Program-made: the position numbers and the translations under genes
Notes under the pieces: model-generated
What the model was told of the DNA's origin: nothing
The model's database searches: none
What the model saw: the letters and a program-made list of their open reading frames with translations, nothing else
DNA from: Escherichia coli
Lineage (GTDB): Bacteria > Pseudomonadota > Gammaproteobacteria > Enterobacterales > Enterobacteriaceae
Assembly (NCBI RefSeq): GCF_050920415.1
Contig: NZ_CP169309.1
DNA: 64,000 nucleotides
Reading direction: 5' to 3' (one strand)
In this document: positions 37,320 through 50,945 of the stretch, in pieces
How positions within the stretch are numbered: the first letter of the stretch is position 1
How the letters are laid out: each line of letters opens with the position of its first letter

Positions 37320-37796
37320 ATGCGAAATATAATCAGATCTATTAATTCATTGCTTTCCACATTGAACATTACCATTTTGGCAATTATTGTGATGTGCGTT
37401 ACATGGCAAGTAGTAGCACGATTTATCTTTAAAAGCCCCAGCATTTTTACAGATGAACTTAGTCGTTTACTATTTATTTGTCTTGGACTTTTTGGTGGTG
37501 CTTATACTGCCGGACAAAACCGACATCTGGCCATTGATCTTCTGCCAATGATGCTAAAAGGAAAATCCCGACGTTATTTATTCTTATGTATTCAGGCCAT
37601 TGTTATTCTTTTTGCCTCTATCATTATGGTTTATGGTGGCGGGTTATTAACACTGGACACATTTGATTCAGGGCAAACTTCTCCGGCTTTAGGCTGGCAG
37701 ATGGGATATATTTACATGAGCATTCCAATAAGTGGCATCCTTATTATTATATACACCATAGATACAGTTTTAACCGAACTTAAACAACCACTCTAA
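37320..37796 (+). CDS. TRAP transporter small permease (DctQ-like)
   Basis: ORF track start 37302 is TTG; ATG 37320 with AAGG Shine-Dalgarno gives a ~158 aa four-TM protein; strongly AT-rich. Confidence 0.8.
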   Translation: MRNIIRSINSLLSTLNITILAIIVMCVTWQVVARFIFKSPSIFTDELSRLLFICLGLFGGAYTAGQNRHLAIDLLPMMLKGKSRRYLFLCIQAIVILFASIIMVYGGGLLTLDTFDSGQTSPALGWQMGYIYMSIPISGILIIIYTIDTVLTELKQPL

Positions 37797-37818
37797 AATA
37801 AGTAGGGATGGAGAAAAC

Positions 37819-39120
37819 ATGGATTACTGGTTACCGATCATTGTGTTATTTGGTGCTTTCTTTTTTATGTTGGCATTAGGTGTTCCTATTGTCTATGCTA
37901 TTGGTTTATCAACACTGGCATCAATTACTACACAACTCGATTTCAACTCAGCGTTAAGTGTGGTTTCCCAAAAGTTAGCCTCCGGGTTAGATAGTTTTAC
38001 GTTGTTGGCAATCCCATTTTTTATTTTGTCTGGCAACATTATGAATCACGGAGGAATAGCGCGACGATTAATCAACTTTGCCCGAATTCTCGGCGGTCGT
38101 CTGCCAGGCTCACTTGCCCACTGTAATATTCTTGCCAATATGCTGTTCGGGGCAATTTCTGGTTCAGCCGTGGCTTCGGCGGCTGCGATGGGCGGCGTCA
38201 TGCATCCGCAACAGGTTAAAGAGGGCTACGACCCGGCATTCAGTACTGCAGTTAACGTTGCCTCTGCCCCGACGGGTTTGCTTATTCCACCCAGTAATAC
38301 GTTAATCGTCTATTCACTGGTCAGTGGTGGTACTTCTATTGCCGCACTGTTCCTGGCAGGATATGTCCCGGGAATTTTATTGGGCCTGGCGCTGATGACT
38401 GTGGCTGGTATTATCGCGGTACGCCGGGGTTATCCAAAACCAGAACGTCCGACTTTGCGCCAGGCTGGAGTGGCAATATGGATGGCGATCCCCAGTATTT
38501 TCCTGATTGTATTAATTATGGGTGGTGTACTAAGCGGTATTTTTACCCCGACAGAAGCATCTGCAATTGCGGTAATTTATACCCTTTTCCTTGCACTGGT
38601 TCTTTATCGTGAAATATCAGTTAAAGATTTACCTAAGATATTTCTGGAGTCCGTCATTACCACTGCAATTGTCTTGTTGTTAATTGGTTCTTCAATGGGA
38701 ATGTCATGGGCAATGTCAAACGCTGACGTTCCCTTCCTGATTCTCGATTTGCTTAACACTATTTCTGACAATCCAATAATCATCCTGCTTATTATCAATA
38801 TTATCCTGTTGATTATCGGCACATTTATGGATATGACACCGGCAGTACTGATTTTTACGCCGATATTTTTACCCGTTGTCACCGAACTGGGTATGGACCC
38901 GATTCACTTTGGTATTGTCATGGTACTGAACATGTGTATCGGTATTTGTACTCCGCCTGTAGGCAGTGTGTTATTTGTCGGTTGTAGTGTATCTAAATTA
39001 CCGATTAATAAAATTATCAAACCTATGCTGCCATTCTATGCCGTGATGGTATTGGTGCTGGCAATGGTTACCTATATTCCGCAAATCAGTATGGCATTGC
39101 CAAGAGCACTGGGCTACTGA
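37819..39120 (+). CDS. TRAP transporter large permease (DctM-like)
   Basis: 433 aa polytopic membrane ORF MDYWLPIIVLFGAFFFMLALGVPIVYAIGL...; AT-rich. Confidence 0.88.
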   Translation: MDYWLPIIVLFGAFFFMLALGVPIVYAIGLSTLASITTQLDFNSALSVVSQKLASGLDSFTLLAIPFFILSGNIMNHGGIARRLINFARILGGRLPGSLAHCNILANMLFGAISGSAVASAAAMGGVMHPQQVKEGYDPAFSTAVNVASAPTGLLIPPSNTLIVYSLVSGGTSIAALFLAGYVPGILLGLALMTVAGIIAVRRGYPKPERPTLRQAGVAIWMAIPSIFLIVLIMGGVLSGIFTPTEASAIAVIYTLFLALVLYREISVKDLPKIFLESVITTAIVLLLIGSSMGMSWAMSNADVPFLILDLLNTISDNPIIILLIINIILLIIGTFMDMTPAVLIFTPIFLPVVTELGMDPIHFGIVMVLNMCIGICTPPVGSVLFVGCSVSKLPINKIIKPMLPFYAVMVLVLAMVTYIPQISMALPRALGY

Positions 39121-39172
39121 TATGCATTAACTGGCGGCACCTGCCGCCATATTTATTAGAAAAGGAACATCT

Positions 39173-40144
39173 ATGAAAATAAAAGTATCCGCTGGCATTA
39201 TCGGTGCTGTTCTTATGCTATCCGCAAGCCAGTCCTGGGCAGTAACATTAAAACTTAGCCATAATCAGGATAAATCTCATCCTGTTCATAAAGCGATGGA
39301 GTTCTTTGCGAAAAAGAGCAAAGAGTACTCTAACGGTGATATTACTATTCGTATTTATCCAAATGGAACATTGGGTACTCAACGAGAAACAATGGAGCTG
39401 ATTCGTTCTGGTGCTATTCCGCTGGTAAAAACCAATGCGGCGGAGATGGAAGCCTTCGAGAGTTCGTATAAAATATTTAGCCTGCCTTATTTGTTCCGCG
39501 ATCGTGATCATTATTATCAGGTCATGCAAGGCGATATCGGAAGGAAAATCCTCGACTCAACGAAAAGCAAAGGTTATTTCGGGCTGACTTTCTATGATGG
39601 AGGCGCCCGCAGTTTCTACGGTAATAAACCGGTACTGAAACCAGACGATCTGAAAGGCATGAAAGTCCGTGTCCAGCCAAGTCCTGGCGCAGTTGAAATG
39701 ATCAAAGTCATGGGCGGTAACCCGACGCCACTGGATTACGGCGAGCTGTATACGGCCTTACAGCAGGGCGTGGTCGATATGGCAGAAAACAGCGTGATGG
39801 CACTGACCACTATGCGTCACGGTGAAGTGGCAAAATCCTTTAGCCTTGATGAGCACACCATGGTGCCCGATGTGGTTCTGATGAGTAATGCTGCATTTGA
39901 TAAACTCAGCCCTGAAAATCAGGCAGTTATATTAAAAGCAGCGAAAGAATCGATGAGTTACATGAAGGAGTTATGGAGCGAGCAAGAGAAACAAGAATTT
40001 GCAAAACTGGATAAAATGGGCGTAAAAGTCTACCCGGTTGATAAAGCACCGTTTATCGAGAAAGTACAACCGATGTACGCAAACTTCGCTAAAGATAACC
40101 CTGCCCTTGCCCCAATGCTGGCTGATATTCAGGCGGCTAAGTAA
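39173..40144 (+). CDS. TRAP transporter periplasmic solute-binding protein (DctP-like)
   Basis: 323 aa ORF with signal peptide MKIKVSAGIIGAVLMLSASQSWA; last gene of the operon. Confidence 0.88.
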   Translation: MKIKVSAGIIGAVLMLSASQSWAVTLKLSHNQDKSHPVHKAMEFFAKKSKEYSNGDITIRIYPNGTLGTQRETMELIRSGAIPLVKTNAAEMEAFESSYKIFSLPYLFRDRDHYYQVMQGDIGRKILDSTKSKGYFGLTFYDGGARSFYGNKPVLKPDDLKGMKVRVQPSPGAVEMIKVMGGNPTPLDYGELYTALQQGVVDMAENSVMALTTMRHGEVAKSFSLDEHTMVPDVVLMSNAAFDKLSPENQAVILKAAKESMSYMKELWSEQEKQEFAKLDKMGVKVYPVDKAPFIEKVQPMYANFAKDNPALAPMLADIQAAK

Positions 40145-40201
40145 TTACCTTCATGGGGCTGCTTATTGTGGCCCTTATCGATATCAGCAAGTGCTCGCTA
40201 T

Positions 40202-40236
40202 AAAAGCAAAACGCCGACCAATGGTCGGCGTTTTTA
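40202..40236. terminator. Bidirectional rho-independent terminator (islet operon / rplI)
   Basis: ACGCCGACCA-A-TGGTCGGCGT perfect hairpin flanked by AAAAGCAAA upstream and TTTTT downstream; sits between the convergent TRAP binding-protein gene and rplI. Confidence 0.85.
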
Positions 40237-40255
40237 CGTCTCGTTGAATAACGAA

Positions 40256-40717
<462 letters not shown>

Positions 40718-40746
40718 TCAAAGTCGTATTAATGGACCGTGACCGA

Positions 40747-41293
<547 letters not shown>

Positions 41294-41299
41294 CAGAAA

Positions 41300-41713
<414 letters not shown>

Positions 41714-42022
41714 TTATTCAGCCTCCTGTCTGGGTCAGCCGAATCCCGGGGAGGCAAGGAACGTGTTAAAGGTCGGCTGAAAAATGACGCGTTATAGTAC
41801 TGACATACCCCGTTAAACTCAAGGCCAGCCGACAAATAAATCTCATCTTTCACCAAATCGTACTAACACGCTGATTTGAAGTTCATCACACTTCATCATG
41901 GTGTTTTTTTGAACAACTGCATCAGAAATGGTCACCATCAACTTCTTTATCATTGATTAAAATTAAATCAGAAGATCACCACAAGAGGAGAGCACACAAA
42001 GTCAGCCGTCGAGGAGGTATCT

Positions 42023-42298
42023 ATGTTCAGCCGTGTTTTAGCCCTTCTGGCTGTGCTTTTGCTAAGTGCAAATACATGGGCAGCCATTGAAATTAATAAC
42101 CACCAGGCCAGAAATATGGACGATGTGCAAAGCTTAGGCGTGATTTATATCAATCATAATTTCGCCACTGAAAGCGAAGCGCGTCAGGCATTAAATGAAG
42201 AGACAAATGCGCAGGGCGCAACGTACTACCACGTGATTCTGATGCGGGAACCGGGGAGTAACGGCAACATGCACGCCAGCGCGGATATTTATCGCTAG
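42023..42298 (+). CDS. yjfY: DUF1471 (YdgH/BhsA/McbA-family) small periplasmic protein
   Basis: 91 aa ORF with signal peptide MFSRVLALLAVLLLSANTWA; GAGGAGG Shine-Dalgarno. Confidence 0.9.
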   Translation: MFSRVLALLAVLLLSANTWAAIEINNHQARNMDDVQSLGVIYINHNFATESEARQALNEETNAQGATYYHVILMREPGSNGNMHASADIYR

Positions 42299-42338
42299 CA
42301 CCAGGTATAACCAACGAAACATTGCCATAGTTTGCTTT

Positions 42339-42363
42339 GCCCCCTTCTCAGGGGGCTTTTTTT
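42339..42363 (+). terminator. Rho-independent terminator of yjfY
   Basis: GCCCCC-TTCTCA-GGGGGC hairpin followed by TTTTTTT. Confidence 0.85.
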
Positions 42364-42426
42364 GAAAAACGGCTGCGGACTTAGACCAGTTATCTCCCGA
42401 AGAAGGAAATTTCCGCAGCGCGTGTT

Positions 42427-43113
42427 TTACTTCTGCCCGTAATAGGCGTTAGGACCGTGCTTACGCATGAAGTGTTTATTCATGAGATAGCTGTCGATGT
42501 GATTCAGTTGTGGGTTAATGCCGCGGGCAATCCACGCCATTTTCGCCACTTCTTCCATCACCACCGCGTTATGCACCGCATCGTGAGCATCTTTCCCCCA
42601 GGCGAACGGCCCGTGCTGATACACCACAATTCCCGGCGTATGCAGCGGCTCGGCGTCACCCAGCGTTTCGATAATCACTTTGCCTGTGTTTAGCTCGTAT
42701 TCCCCCTGCACTTCTTCTTCACTTAACCCACGCGTACACGGGATATCGCCAAAGAAGTAGTCAGCATGCGTGGTGCCTAATGCCGGGATCGCCAGCCCCG
42801 CTTGCGCCCATGCGGTGGCATGCGTGGAATGGGTATGGACAATGCCGCCAAGCGACGGATAACGACGGTAGAGTTCAAGATGCGTCGCAGTGTCGGAAGA
42901 CGGACGATACTCCCCTTCCACCACCTTGCCGCTAATATCAACCACCACCATATCGTCTGCTTTCATGGTTTCGTAGGCGACACCGCTGGGCTTGATCACC
43001 ACCAGCCCGCGTTCGCGGTCAATGGCGCTGACGTTACCCCAGGTAAAGGTCACCAGCCCGTAACGCGGCAGATCCATGTTGGCTTCAAATACCTGCTGTT
43101 TCAGCTTTTGCAT
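42427..43113 (-). CDS. ulaF: L-ribulose-5-phosphate 4-epimerase
   Basis: 228 aa class-II aldolase-fold [32 protein letters not shown]...; last gene of the ula operon. Confidence 0.95.
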   Translation of the reverse strand: MQKLKQQVFEANMDLPRYGLVTFTWGNVSAIDRERGLVVIKPSGVAYETMKADDMVVVDISGKVVEGEYRPSSDTATHLELYRRYPSLGGIVHTHSTHATAWAQAGLAIPALGTTHADYFFGDIPCTRGLSEEEVQGEYELNTGKVIIETLGDAEPLHTPGIVVYQHGPFAWGKDAHDAVHNAVVMEEVAKMAWIARGINPQLNHIDSYLMNKHFMRKHGPNAYYGQK

Positions 43114-43967
43114 TATGCCGCCTCCACCATGCCTGCTTTAGCCATGCGCGCTTTCACCCAATCACGCGCTTTCGCCACTTCTGCCGCCGGGTCTTCCGCC
43201 GTTTCGCTCCACATCTCAATCAGGTACGGCCCGCAATAGCCACTCTGTTTGAGCGTTTCAAAGCAACGTTCGAAATCCACCACACCCTCGCCAAACGGCA
43301 CGTTTTTGAAGACGCCTGGTTTAGTGTCTTTCACATGCACCGCGACGATATGCCCGATTCCGGCCTGCAATTCCATCTGCACGTCGTTGTCCCACGCCGA
43401 CAAGTTGCCGATATCCGGGTAGAGCTGGAACCACGGGTTGTTAAGATAGTGCGCGTAACCCAGCGCCTTGCTGATGGAGTTCATCAACGGGTAATCCATG
43501 ATCTCCATTGCCAGCGTCACCTGCGCGCGGCTCGCCATCTCAACGCTCTCTTTCAGGCCGTCACGGAAACGACGACGCGTTTCGTTATTGGCTTCCTGAT
43601 AGTAAACGTCGTAGCCCGCCAGTTGGATCACGCGAATACCGACATCCTGGGCGAACTGGATAGCTTTTCGCATAATCTCAAGCCCCTGCGCCCGCACTGC
43701 GTCATCTTCGCTGCCCAGCGGGAAACGACGATGAGCAGAAAGGCACATGGATGGTACGCGCACGCCGGTTTCAACAATCGCGTTCACCAGCGCCAGACGC
43801 TGCTCGCGGCTCCAGTCAAGGCGCGAGAGGCGATCGTCCGTTTCATCTACCGACATCTCGACAAAATCGAAGCCTAACGTTTTTGCCAGTTGCAGCCGTT
43901 CCAGCCAGCACTCCCCGGCGGGGAGCGCTTTTTCGTAGATGCCAAGCGGGATTTGTTTGGACAACAT
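43113..43967 (-). CDS. ulaE: L-ribulose-5-phosphate 3-epimerase
   Basis: 284 aa TIM-barrel [30 protein letters not shown]...; 1 nt overlap with ulaF. Confidence 0.95.
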   Translation of the reverse strand: MLSKQIPLGIYEKALPAGECWLERLQLAKTLGFDFVEMSVDETDDRLSRLDWSREQRLALVNAIVETGVRVPSMCLSAHRRFPLGSEDDAVRAQGLEIMRKAIQFAQDVGIRVIQLAGYDVYYQEANNETRRRFRDGLKESVEMASRAQVTLAMEIMDYPLMNSISKALGYAHYLNNPWFQLYPDIGNLSAWDNDVQMELQAGIGHIVAVHVKDTKPGVFKNVPFGEGVVDFERCFETLKQSGYCGPYLIEMWSETAEDPAAEVAKARDWVKARMAKAGMVEAA

Positions 43968-43976
43968 ATCCGCTCC

Positions 43977-44627
43977 TTAGCCCCACAGTTCGGCGATGGA
44001 ACGTTTGAACTGACGCGCGGCTTCAACCGGAGAGGCGGCATCACGGATACTACGCCCAGCGATAAACACATGAATCGGAATGCCTTTGAACAGCGGCAGG
44101 TCTTCCAGCGCCAGGCCACCGGTGACGGTGACTTTGAAGCCCATATCGGAAAGACGTTTGATCGCGGTGATATCCGCTTCGCCCCACGCCACGCCTGCGG
44201 CCTGCGCGTCACGGCTGCGGTGATAAACCACCTGCTGGATACCTGCGTCGCGCCACTGCTGCGCCTGTTCCCAGGTCCAGTAACCGGTCAGTTCGATCTG
44301 CACGTCGCCATTAAACTCTTTTGCCACGTCCAGCGCGCCTTTGGCGGTGTTGATATCTGCACAGCAAATTACGGTCACCCAGTCAGCGTTGGCTTCAAAG
44401 CACATACGAGAAAGGATTTTTCCGGCATCGGCGATTTTGGCGTCTGCCAGCACGATTTTGTGCGGATAAAGCGCTTTCAGATCGCGAACCGCACGCACAC
44501 CTTCGCCCACGCACAGAATGGTGCCCACTTCGATAATGTCGACTTCTTCGGCAATCAGGCGAGTAGTTTCGTAGGCGCTAGCCATAGTCTGGTTGTCCAG
44601 CGCGACTTGCAACATCGGTAATGACAT
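43977..44627 (-). CDS. ulaD: 3-keto-L-gulonate-6-phosphate decarboxylase
   Basis: ORF track starts at 44780; ATG 44625-44627 gives [15 protein letters not shown]... (216 aa). Confidence 0.95.
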   Translation of the reverse strand: MSLPMLQVALDNQTMASAYETTRLIAEEVDIIEVGTILCVGEGVRAVRDLKALYPHKIVLADAKIADAGKILSRMCFEANADWVTVICCADINTAKGALDVAKEFNGDVQIELTGYWTWEQAQQWRDAGIQQVVYHRSRDAQAAGVAWGEADITAIKRLSDMGFKVTVTGGLALEDLPLFKGIPIHVFIAGRSIRDAASPVEAARQFKRSIAELWG

Positions 44628-44640
44628 TTTCAATTCCTTC

Positions 44641-45105
44641 TTAAGCAGCCGCGTTGGTGCGGTCAATGAGATCCAGGATTTCCTGCTCGGTACGGCAGGC
44701 GCGTAAACGGTCGAAATTCTCTTCATCTTCAAACAGGTTGACGATCTGCATGATGCCCACTTCCTGATGCGTGTTGGCATCGACCGCCGCCATCGTGATG
44801 AGGATATCCACCGGGTCGTTATCTTCGTGGTTGAACTCCAGCGGCTTTTTCAGCGTCACCAGCGCAAAACCGGTTTTCTTAACGCCCTCTTCCGGGCGAC
44901 CATGCGGCATTGCCAGGCCCGGTGCGAGCACAAAGTACGGACCGTGCTGTTCAACCGCATCCAGAATCGCCTGGTAGTAACGCGGCTCTACCACATCTGC
45001 CGCCACCAGCAGGTCAACGCCGATTTTCACTGCGTCCTGCCATGTCTCAGCTTCAGCCTGCAGACGGATAGATTTATTCTCCGCCAGCGAATCACGTAAT
45101 TTCAT
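44641..45105 (-). CDS. ulaC: Ascorbate-specific PTS enzyme IIA
   Basis: 154 aa [32 protein letters not shown]... Confidence 0.95.
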   Translation of the reverse strand: MKLRDSLAENKSIRLQAEAETWQDAVKIGVDLLVAADVVEPRYYQAILDAVEQHGPYFVLAPGLAMPHGRPEEGVKKTGFALVTLKKPLEFNHEDNDPVDILITMAAVDANTHQEVGIMQIVNLFEDEENFDRLRACRTEQEILDLIDRTNAAA

Positions 45106-45114
45106 AGGGCGCCC

Positions 45115-45420
45115 TTACTTCACGTCCTGCGGGAAATGTTCTTTGATCACTTCCAGCAGTTTCGGGCCAAAGTCAGCAGGAGAGAGCATGTTGCGCACGC
45201 CAACGACATATTTGTTGCCGGTCACGGTGATCTCGCCCGCGATGTGCGTAGAAGCGATGATGATATCCGCGCCGCTCAACTCGCTTTTGTATTCACCAAC
45301 CGCGCAGCTGTTTACCGTATGGTCGATGTTCGACTGGGTTAAAAACTGGTCCACTTTCATTTTCATGATCATGGAACTGCCTTGTCCGTTACCACACACA
45401 GCCAGAATACGTACGGTCAT
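45115..45420 (-). CDS. ulaB: Ascorbate-specific PTS enzyme IIB
   Basis: ATG 45418-45420 gives [19 protein letters not shown]... (101 aa) with the CGNG phosphocysteine motif. Confidence 0.95.
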
Positions 45421-45435
45421 AATCAAAACTCCTTA

Positions 45436-47187
<1,752 letters not shown>

Positions 47188-48252
47188 ATGAGTAAAGTGA
47201 AAAGTATCACCCGTGAATCCTGGATCCTGAGCACTTTCCCGGAGTGGGGTAGCTGGCTGAATGAAGAAATTGAACAAGAACAGGTAGCTCCTGGCACATT
47301 CGCGATGTGGTGGCTAGGCTGTACCGGGATCTGGCTGAAATCTGAAGGTGGCACCAACGTTTGCGTCGATTTCTGGTGTGGTACTGGCAAACAAAGTCAC
47401 GGTAACCCACTAATGAAACAGGGTCACCAGATGCAGCGCATGGCTGGCGTGAAAAAACTGCAACCGAACCTGCGTACCACCCCATTTGTTCTTGATCCGT
47501 TTGCGATTCGCCAGATCGACGCGGTACTGGCAACTCACGATCACAACGATCATATCGACGTCAACGTCGCTGCTGCCGTGATGCAGAACTGCGCTGATGA
47601 CGTGCCATTTATCGGGCCGAAAACCTGCGTGGATTTGTGGATTGGCTGGGGTGTGCCGAAAGAACGTTGCATCGTGGTCAAACCGGGCGATGTCGTTAAA
47701 GTGAAAGACATTGAAATTCATGCCCTTGACGCGTTTGACCGTACTGCACTGATCACTTTGCCTGCCGATCAAAAAGCGGCTGGCGTACTGCCAGACGGCA
47801 TGGACGATCGCGCGGTAAACTACCTGTTCAAAACGCCGGGCGGTACCCTGTATCACAGTGGCGATTCCCACTACTCTAACTACTATGCGAAGCACGGTAA
47901 CGAGCATCAGATCGACGTGGCATTAGGTTCATACGGTGAAAACCCACGTGGTATCACCGACAAAATGACCAGTGCTGATATCCTGCGTATGGCAGAAGCG
48001 CTGAATACAAAAGTGGTTATCCCGTTCCACCATGATATCTGGTCAAACTTCCAGGCCGATCCGCAAGAGATCCGCGTACTGTGGGAGATGAAAAAAGATC
48101 GCCTGAAGTATGGCTTCAAGCCGTTTATCTGGCAGGTCGGTGGCAAATTTACCTGGCCGCTGGATAAAGACAACTTCGAGTACCACTATCCACGCGGTTT
48201 TGACGATTGCTTCACCATTGAACCGGATCTGCCGTTCAAGTCGTTCCTGTAA
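47188..48252 (+). CDS. ulaG: L-ascorbate-6-phosphate lactonase (metallo-beta-lactamase fold)
   Basis: ATG 47188 gives [21 protein letters not shown]... (354 aa) with HDHNDH metal-binding motif. Confidence 0.95.
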   Translation: MSKVKSITRESWILSTFPEWGSWLNEEIEQEQVAPGTFAMWWLGCTGIWLKSEGGTNVCVDFWCGTGKQSHGNPLMKQGHQMQRMAGVKKLQPNLRTTPFVLDPFAIRQIDAVLATHDHNDHIDVNVAAAVMQNCADDVPFIGPKTCVDLWIGWGVPKERCIVVKPGDVVKVKDIEIHALDAFDRTALITLPADQKAAGVLPDGMDDRAVNYLFKTPGGTLYHSGDSHYSNYYAKHGNEHQIDVALGSYGENPRGITDKMTSADILRMAEALNTKVVIPFHHDIWSNFQADPQEIRVLWEMKKDRLKYGFKPFIWQVGGKFTWPLDKDNFEYHYPRGFDDCFTIEPDLPFKSFL

Positions 48253-48359
48253 TCTGTCGTTTATACCGGATGGCGTGGAGAAGTTCGCGCTATCCGGCGT
48301 AGTATTTCCTGGCTATTTCAAATATCATCTAAAAAAATCAAATTTTATCGGAATAGCTC

Positions 48360-49115
48360 ATGACTGAAGCACAAAGACATCAAATTCTCCTGGAAATGCT
48401 CGCACAATTGGGCTTTGTGACCGTTGAGAAAGTCGTTGAGCGTCTGGGAATTTCGCCTGCTACCGCTCGACGCGATATCAATAAACTTGACGAAAGCGGC
48501 AAACTGAAAAAAGTGCGCAATGGCGCAGAAGCCATTACCCAGCAGCGCCCACGCTGGACGCCGATGAATCTGCATCAGGCGCAGAACCATGATGAAAAAG
48601 TACGTATCGCTAAAGCAGCCTCGCAGCTGGTTAATCCGGGCGAAAGCGTCGTCATCAACTGCGGTTCCACCGCGTTTCTGCTTGGGCGGGAAATGTGTGG
48701 CAAGCCAGTGCAAATCATTACTAATTATCTACCGCTGGCGAATTACCTGATCGATCAGGAGCATGACAGCGTGATTATCATGGGCGGCCAATACAACAAA
48801 AGCCAGTCCATCACCTTAAGTCCACAGGGCAGCGAAAACAGTCTCTATGCCGGGCACTGGATGTTTACCAGCGGCAAAGGACTGACCGCAGAAGGGTTGT
48901 ATAAAACCGATATGCTGACGGCAATGGCAGAGCAGAAGATGTTGAGCGTGGTAGGGAAACTGGTGGTACTGGTTGATAGCAGTAAGATCGGCGAACGTGC
49001 GGGGATGCTCTTTAGTCGTTCAGATCAAATCGATATGCTGATCACCGGCAAAAATGCTAACCCGGAAATCCTGCAACAACTGGAAGCGCAAGGGGTCAGC
49101 ATTCTGCGTGTTTAA
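48360..49115 (+). CDS. ulaR: DeoR-family repressor of the ula regulon
   Basis: 251 aa [46 protein letters not shown] (HTH) with a DeoR C-terminal sugar-phosphate-binding domain. Confidence 0.95.
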   Translation: MTEAQRHQILLEMLAQLGFVTVEKVVERLGISPATARRDINKLDESGKLKKVRNGAEAITQQRPRWTPMNLHQAQNHDEKVRIAKAASQLVNPGESVVINCGSTAFLLGREMCGKPVQIITNYLPLANYLIDQEHDSVIIMGGQYNKSQSITLSPQGSENSLYAGHWMFTSGKGLTAEGLYKTDMLTAMAEQKMLSVVGKLVVLVDSSKIGERAGMLFSRSDQIDMLITGKNANPEILQQLEAQGVSILRV

Positions 49116-49861
49116 AGATGCTGGCGGAAAAATGTCACGGCGGTCTCTAACGCCTCGGGCGTAATGCGGTGACGCACGCCTGGCTGCCATGAACAGGTTA
49201 GCTGTTTATCCCGTCCCACCTCGCTTAAGGCCTGCTGCAAACGTAGTGATTCGTCGGCGGGGACGACATCATCGTCAAGGCCATGCCATAAGAGCAGAGG
49301 TCTGTTTCCCAACTCTTCCAGGTGGTTTGTCGCTTCCCACTCTGCCAGTGGCGCGATAATGTTATTAAATTCGTTCTGCTGTCCTGTCGTTTCAGATATC
49401 AGCGGTGGAAACAGTGAACGGGCGAGTGATGTAAAATAGCCCGATCCCATCATGCTGGCGGTACATTTCACCGTGGGGTAGCGAGCGGTAATTCCCAGAG
49501 CCGTCATCGCGCCCATCGATGCACCACCGATTGCCAGACGGTCATCAAGCAGCCAGTTTTCTTCAGCTACTGCCGCACGTAAAGTAATGAATTCCTGCAT
49601 ACTTTGTAGCAAGATTTGCCAAAATTGATTTAACCGCCGCGCTGCGTCGCCCCTAAAACGGCTACCGTGATCGGGCGCATCCGGCATGATCACCCGCAAA
49701 CCAGCCTGCGCCAGCGCAACGGCAAAATAGCTATACACCAGACTGGACGAAGTAAAGCCGTGATAAAAAATCACGCACGGTAACGGGGTATCTTTTTGCC
49801 CGACAGGATAAGCATGAAGAACGGGAATATCTGCCAGCACGCGCGAGTCTATTTCAATCAT
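49112..49861 (-). CDS. yjfP: Alpha/beta-hydrolase esterase YjfP
   Basis: 249 aa ORF with nucleophile-elbow GASMG; convergent 4 nt overlap with ulaR. Confidence 0.93.
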   Translation of the reverse strand: MIEIDSRVLADIPVLHAYPVGQKDTPLPCVIFYHGFTSSSLVYSYFAVALAQAGLRVIMPDAPDHGSRFRGDAARRLNQFWQILLQSMQEFITLRAAVAEENWLLDDRLAIGGASMGAMTALGITARYPTVKCTASMMGSGYFTSLARSLFPPLISETTGQQNEFNNIIAPLAEWEATNHLEELGNRPLLLWHGLDDDVVPADESLRLQQALSEVGRDKQLTCSWQPGVRHRITPEALETAVTFFRQHL

Positions 49862-50042
49862 CTGTCTCTCCTTTTTGTCTGGTATGACATGAAGAAATCC
49901 TTAGCACAAGTTTCTGCTGGCGGTATTAGTTCATAATGTTGAGATGTGGGTTACGCTTTCATCACGTTTTCATTCGAAAATCGCGTACCAGGTAACAATT
50001 CGGGAACATTCCCCCAAAGTTAAATTAATAAGGCACTACACT

Positions 50043-50372
50043 ATGGTTAGCAGGAAACGTAATAGCGTTATTTACCGGTTTGCCAGTTTATTATTGGTGT
50101 TGATGTTAAGTGCCTGTAGCGCACTGCAAGGTACGCCACAGCCAGCACCGCCAGTAACGGACCATCCGCAAGAGATTCGCCGCGACCAGACGCAAGGGTT
50201 ACAGCGAATAGGTAGCGTAAGCACGATGGTTCGGGGTTCTCCGGATGACGCATTAGCAGAAATCAGAGCGAAAGCTGTCGCTGCAAAAGCTGATTATTAC
50301 GTTGTCGTCATGGTGGACGAAACCATCGTGACAGGACAGTGGTATTCACAAGCCATTTTGTACCGTAAATAA
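50043..50372 (+). CDS. bsmA: Biofilm stress and motility protein A (DUF1471 lipoprotein)
   Basis: ORF track starts at 49944; ATG 50043 gives MVSRKRNSVIYRFASLLLVLMLSACSA... (109 aa) with a lipobox LSAC. Confidence 0.9.
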   Translation: MVSRKRNSVIYRFASLLLVLMLSACSALQGTPQPAPPVTDHPQEIRRDQTQGLQRIGSVSTMVRGSPDDALAEIRAKAVAAKADYYVVVMVDETIVTGQWYSQAILYRK

Positions 50373-50520
50373 ATCAGACAACTTACATAGTCAGCTTTAC
50401 ATTGCTTTGCGTCCCTATGCGTTTACCTGTGCACAATAAATTACCAGCTGGAAGCTCGGGCGTTTATTACCGCGATGGAATGCCCTGCAACATGTGGGGA
50501 AACGAAAAATGGAGCTGACG

Positions 50521-50796
50521 ATGAAACAATTACTTGCCTCACCCTCGCTGCAATTAGTGACTTATCCTGCGAGCACCACGGCACAGTCTGCAGAATTCGC
50601 CAGTGCTGACTGCGTAACGGGCCTGAATGAAATAGGTCAGATCTCGGTTAGCAATATTTCAGGGGATCCGCAGGACGTGGAACGTATCGTGGCGTTAAAG
50701 GCCGATGAACAAGGTGCATCATGGTACCGCATTATTACCATGTACGAAGACCAGCAGCCTGATAACTGGCGCGTACAGGCGATCCTGTATGCGTGA
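50521..50796 (+). CDS. yjfN: DUF1471 small periplasmic protein YjfN
   Basis: GGAG Shine-Dalgarno then ATG 50521 gives MKQLLASPSLQLVTYPASTTAQSA... (91 aa); C-terminus resembles yjfY and bsmA. Confidence 0.88.
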   Translation: MKQLLASPSLQLVTYPASTTAQSAEFASADCVTGLNEIGQISVSNISGDPQDVERIVALKADEQGASWYRIITMYEDQQPDNWRVQAILYA

Positions 50797-50820
50797 GTGT
50801 CATCTACAGCAAATGAACAA

Positions 50821-50856
50821 TGCCGGATGCGGCACCTGTGCCTTATCCGGCCAACA
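50821..50856. repeat. REP element
   Basis: TGCCGGATGCGGCACCTGTGCCTTATCCGGCCAAC palindromic unit after yjfN. Confidence 0.8.
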
Positions 50857-50945
50857 GTTCCTGAAATTTCATTGTGTTAGTTGATAACACGTAATGCTGC
50901 TGTTGCCATTATAAGACGCGCTAGCATCACATCTGGCTGACTCGT

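Noticed and set aside
30382-40240. Possibility that the islet is a mobile element (integrative element, transposon or prophage remnant)
   Set aside because: No integrase, transposase or recombinase ORF, no tRNA target, and no obvious terminal direct or inverted repeats at the borders; it looks like a fixed metabolic islet.
43335-44621. 180 aa and 243 aa plus-strand ORFs across ulaE and ulaD
   Set aside because: They are antisense to the conserved ula operon genes and show the Arg/His-rich low-complexity composition typical of antisense frames.
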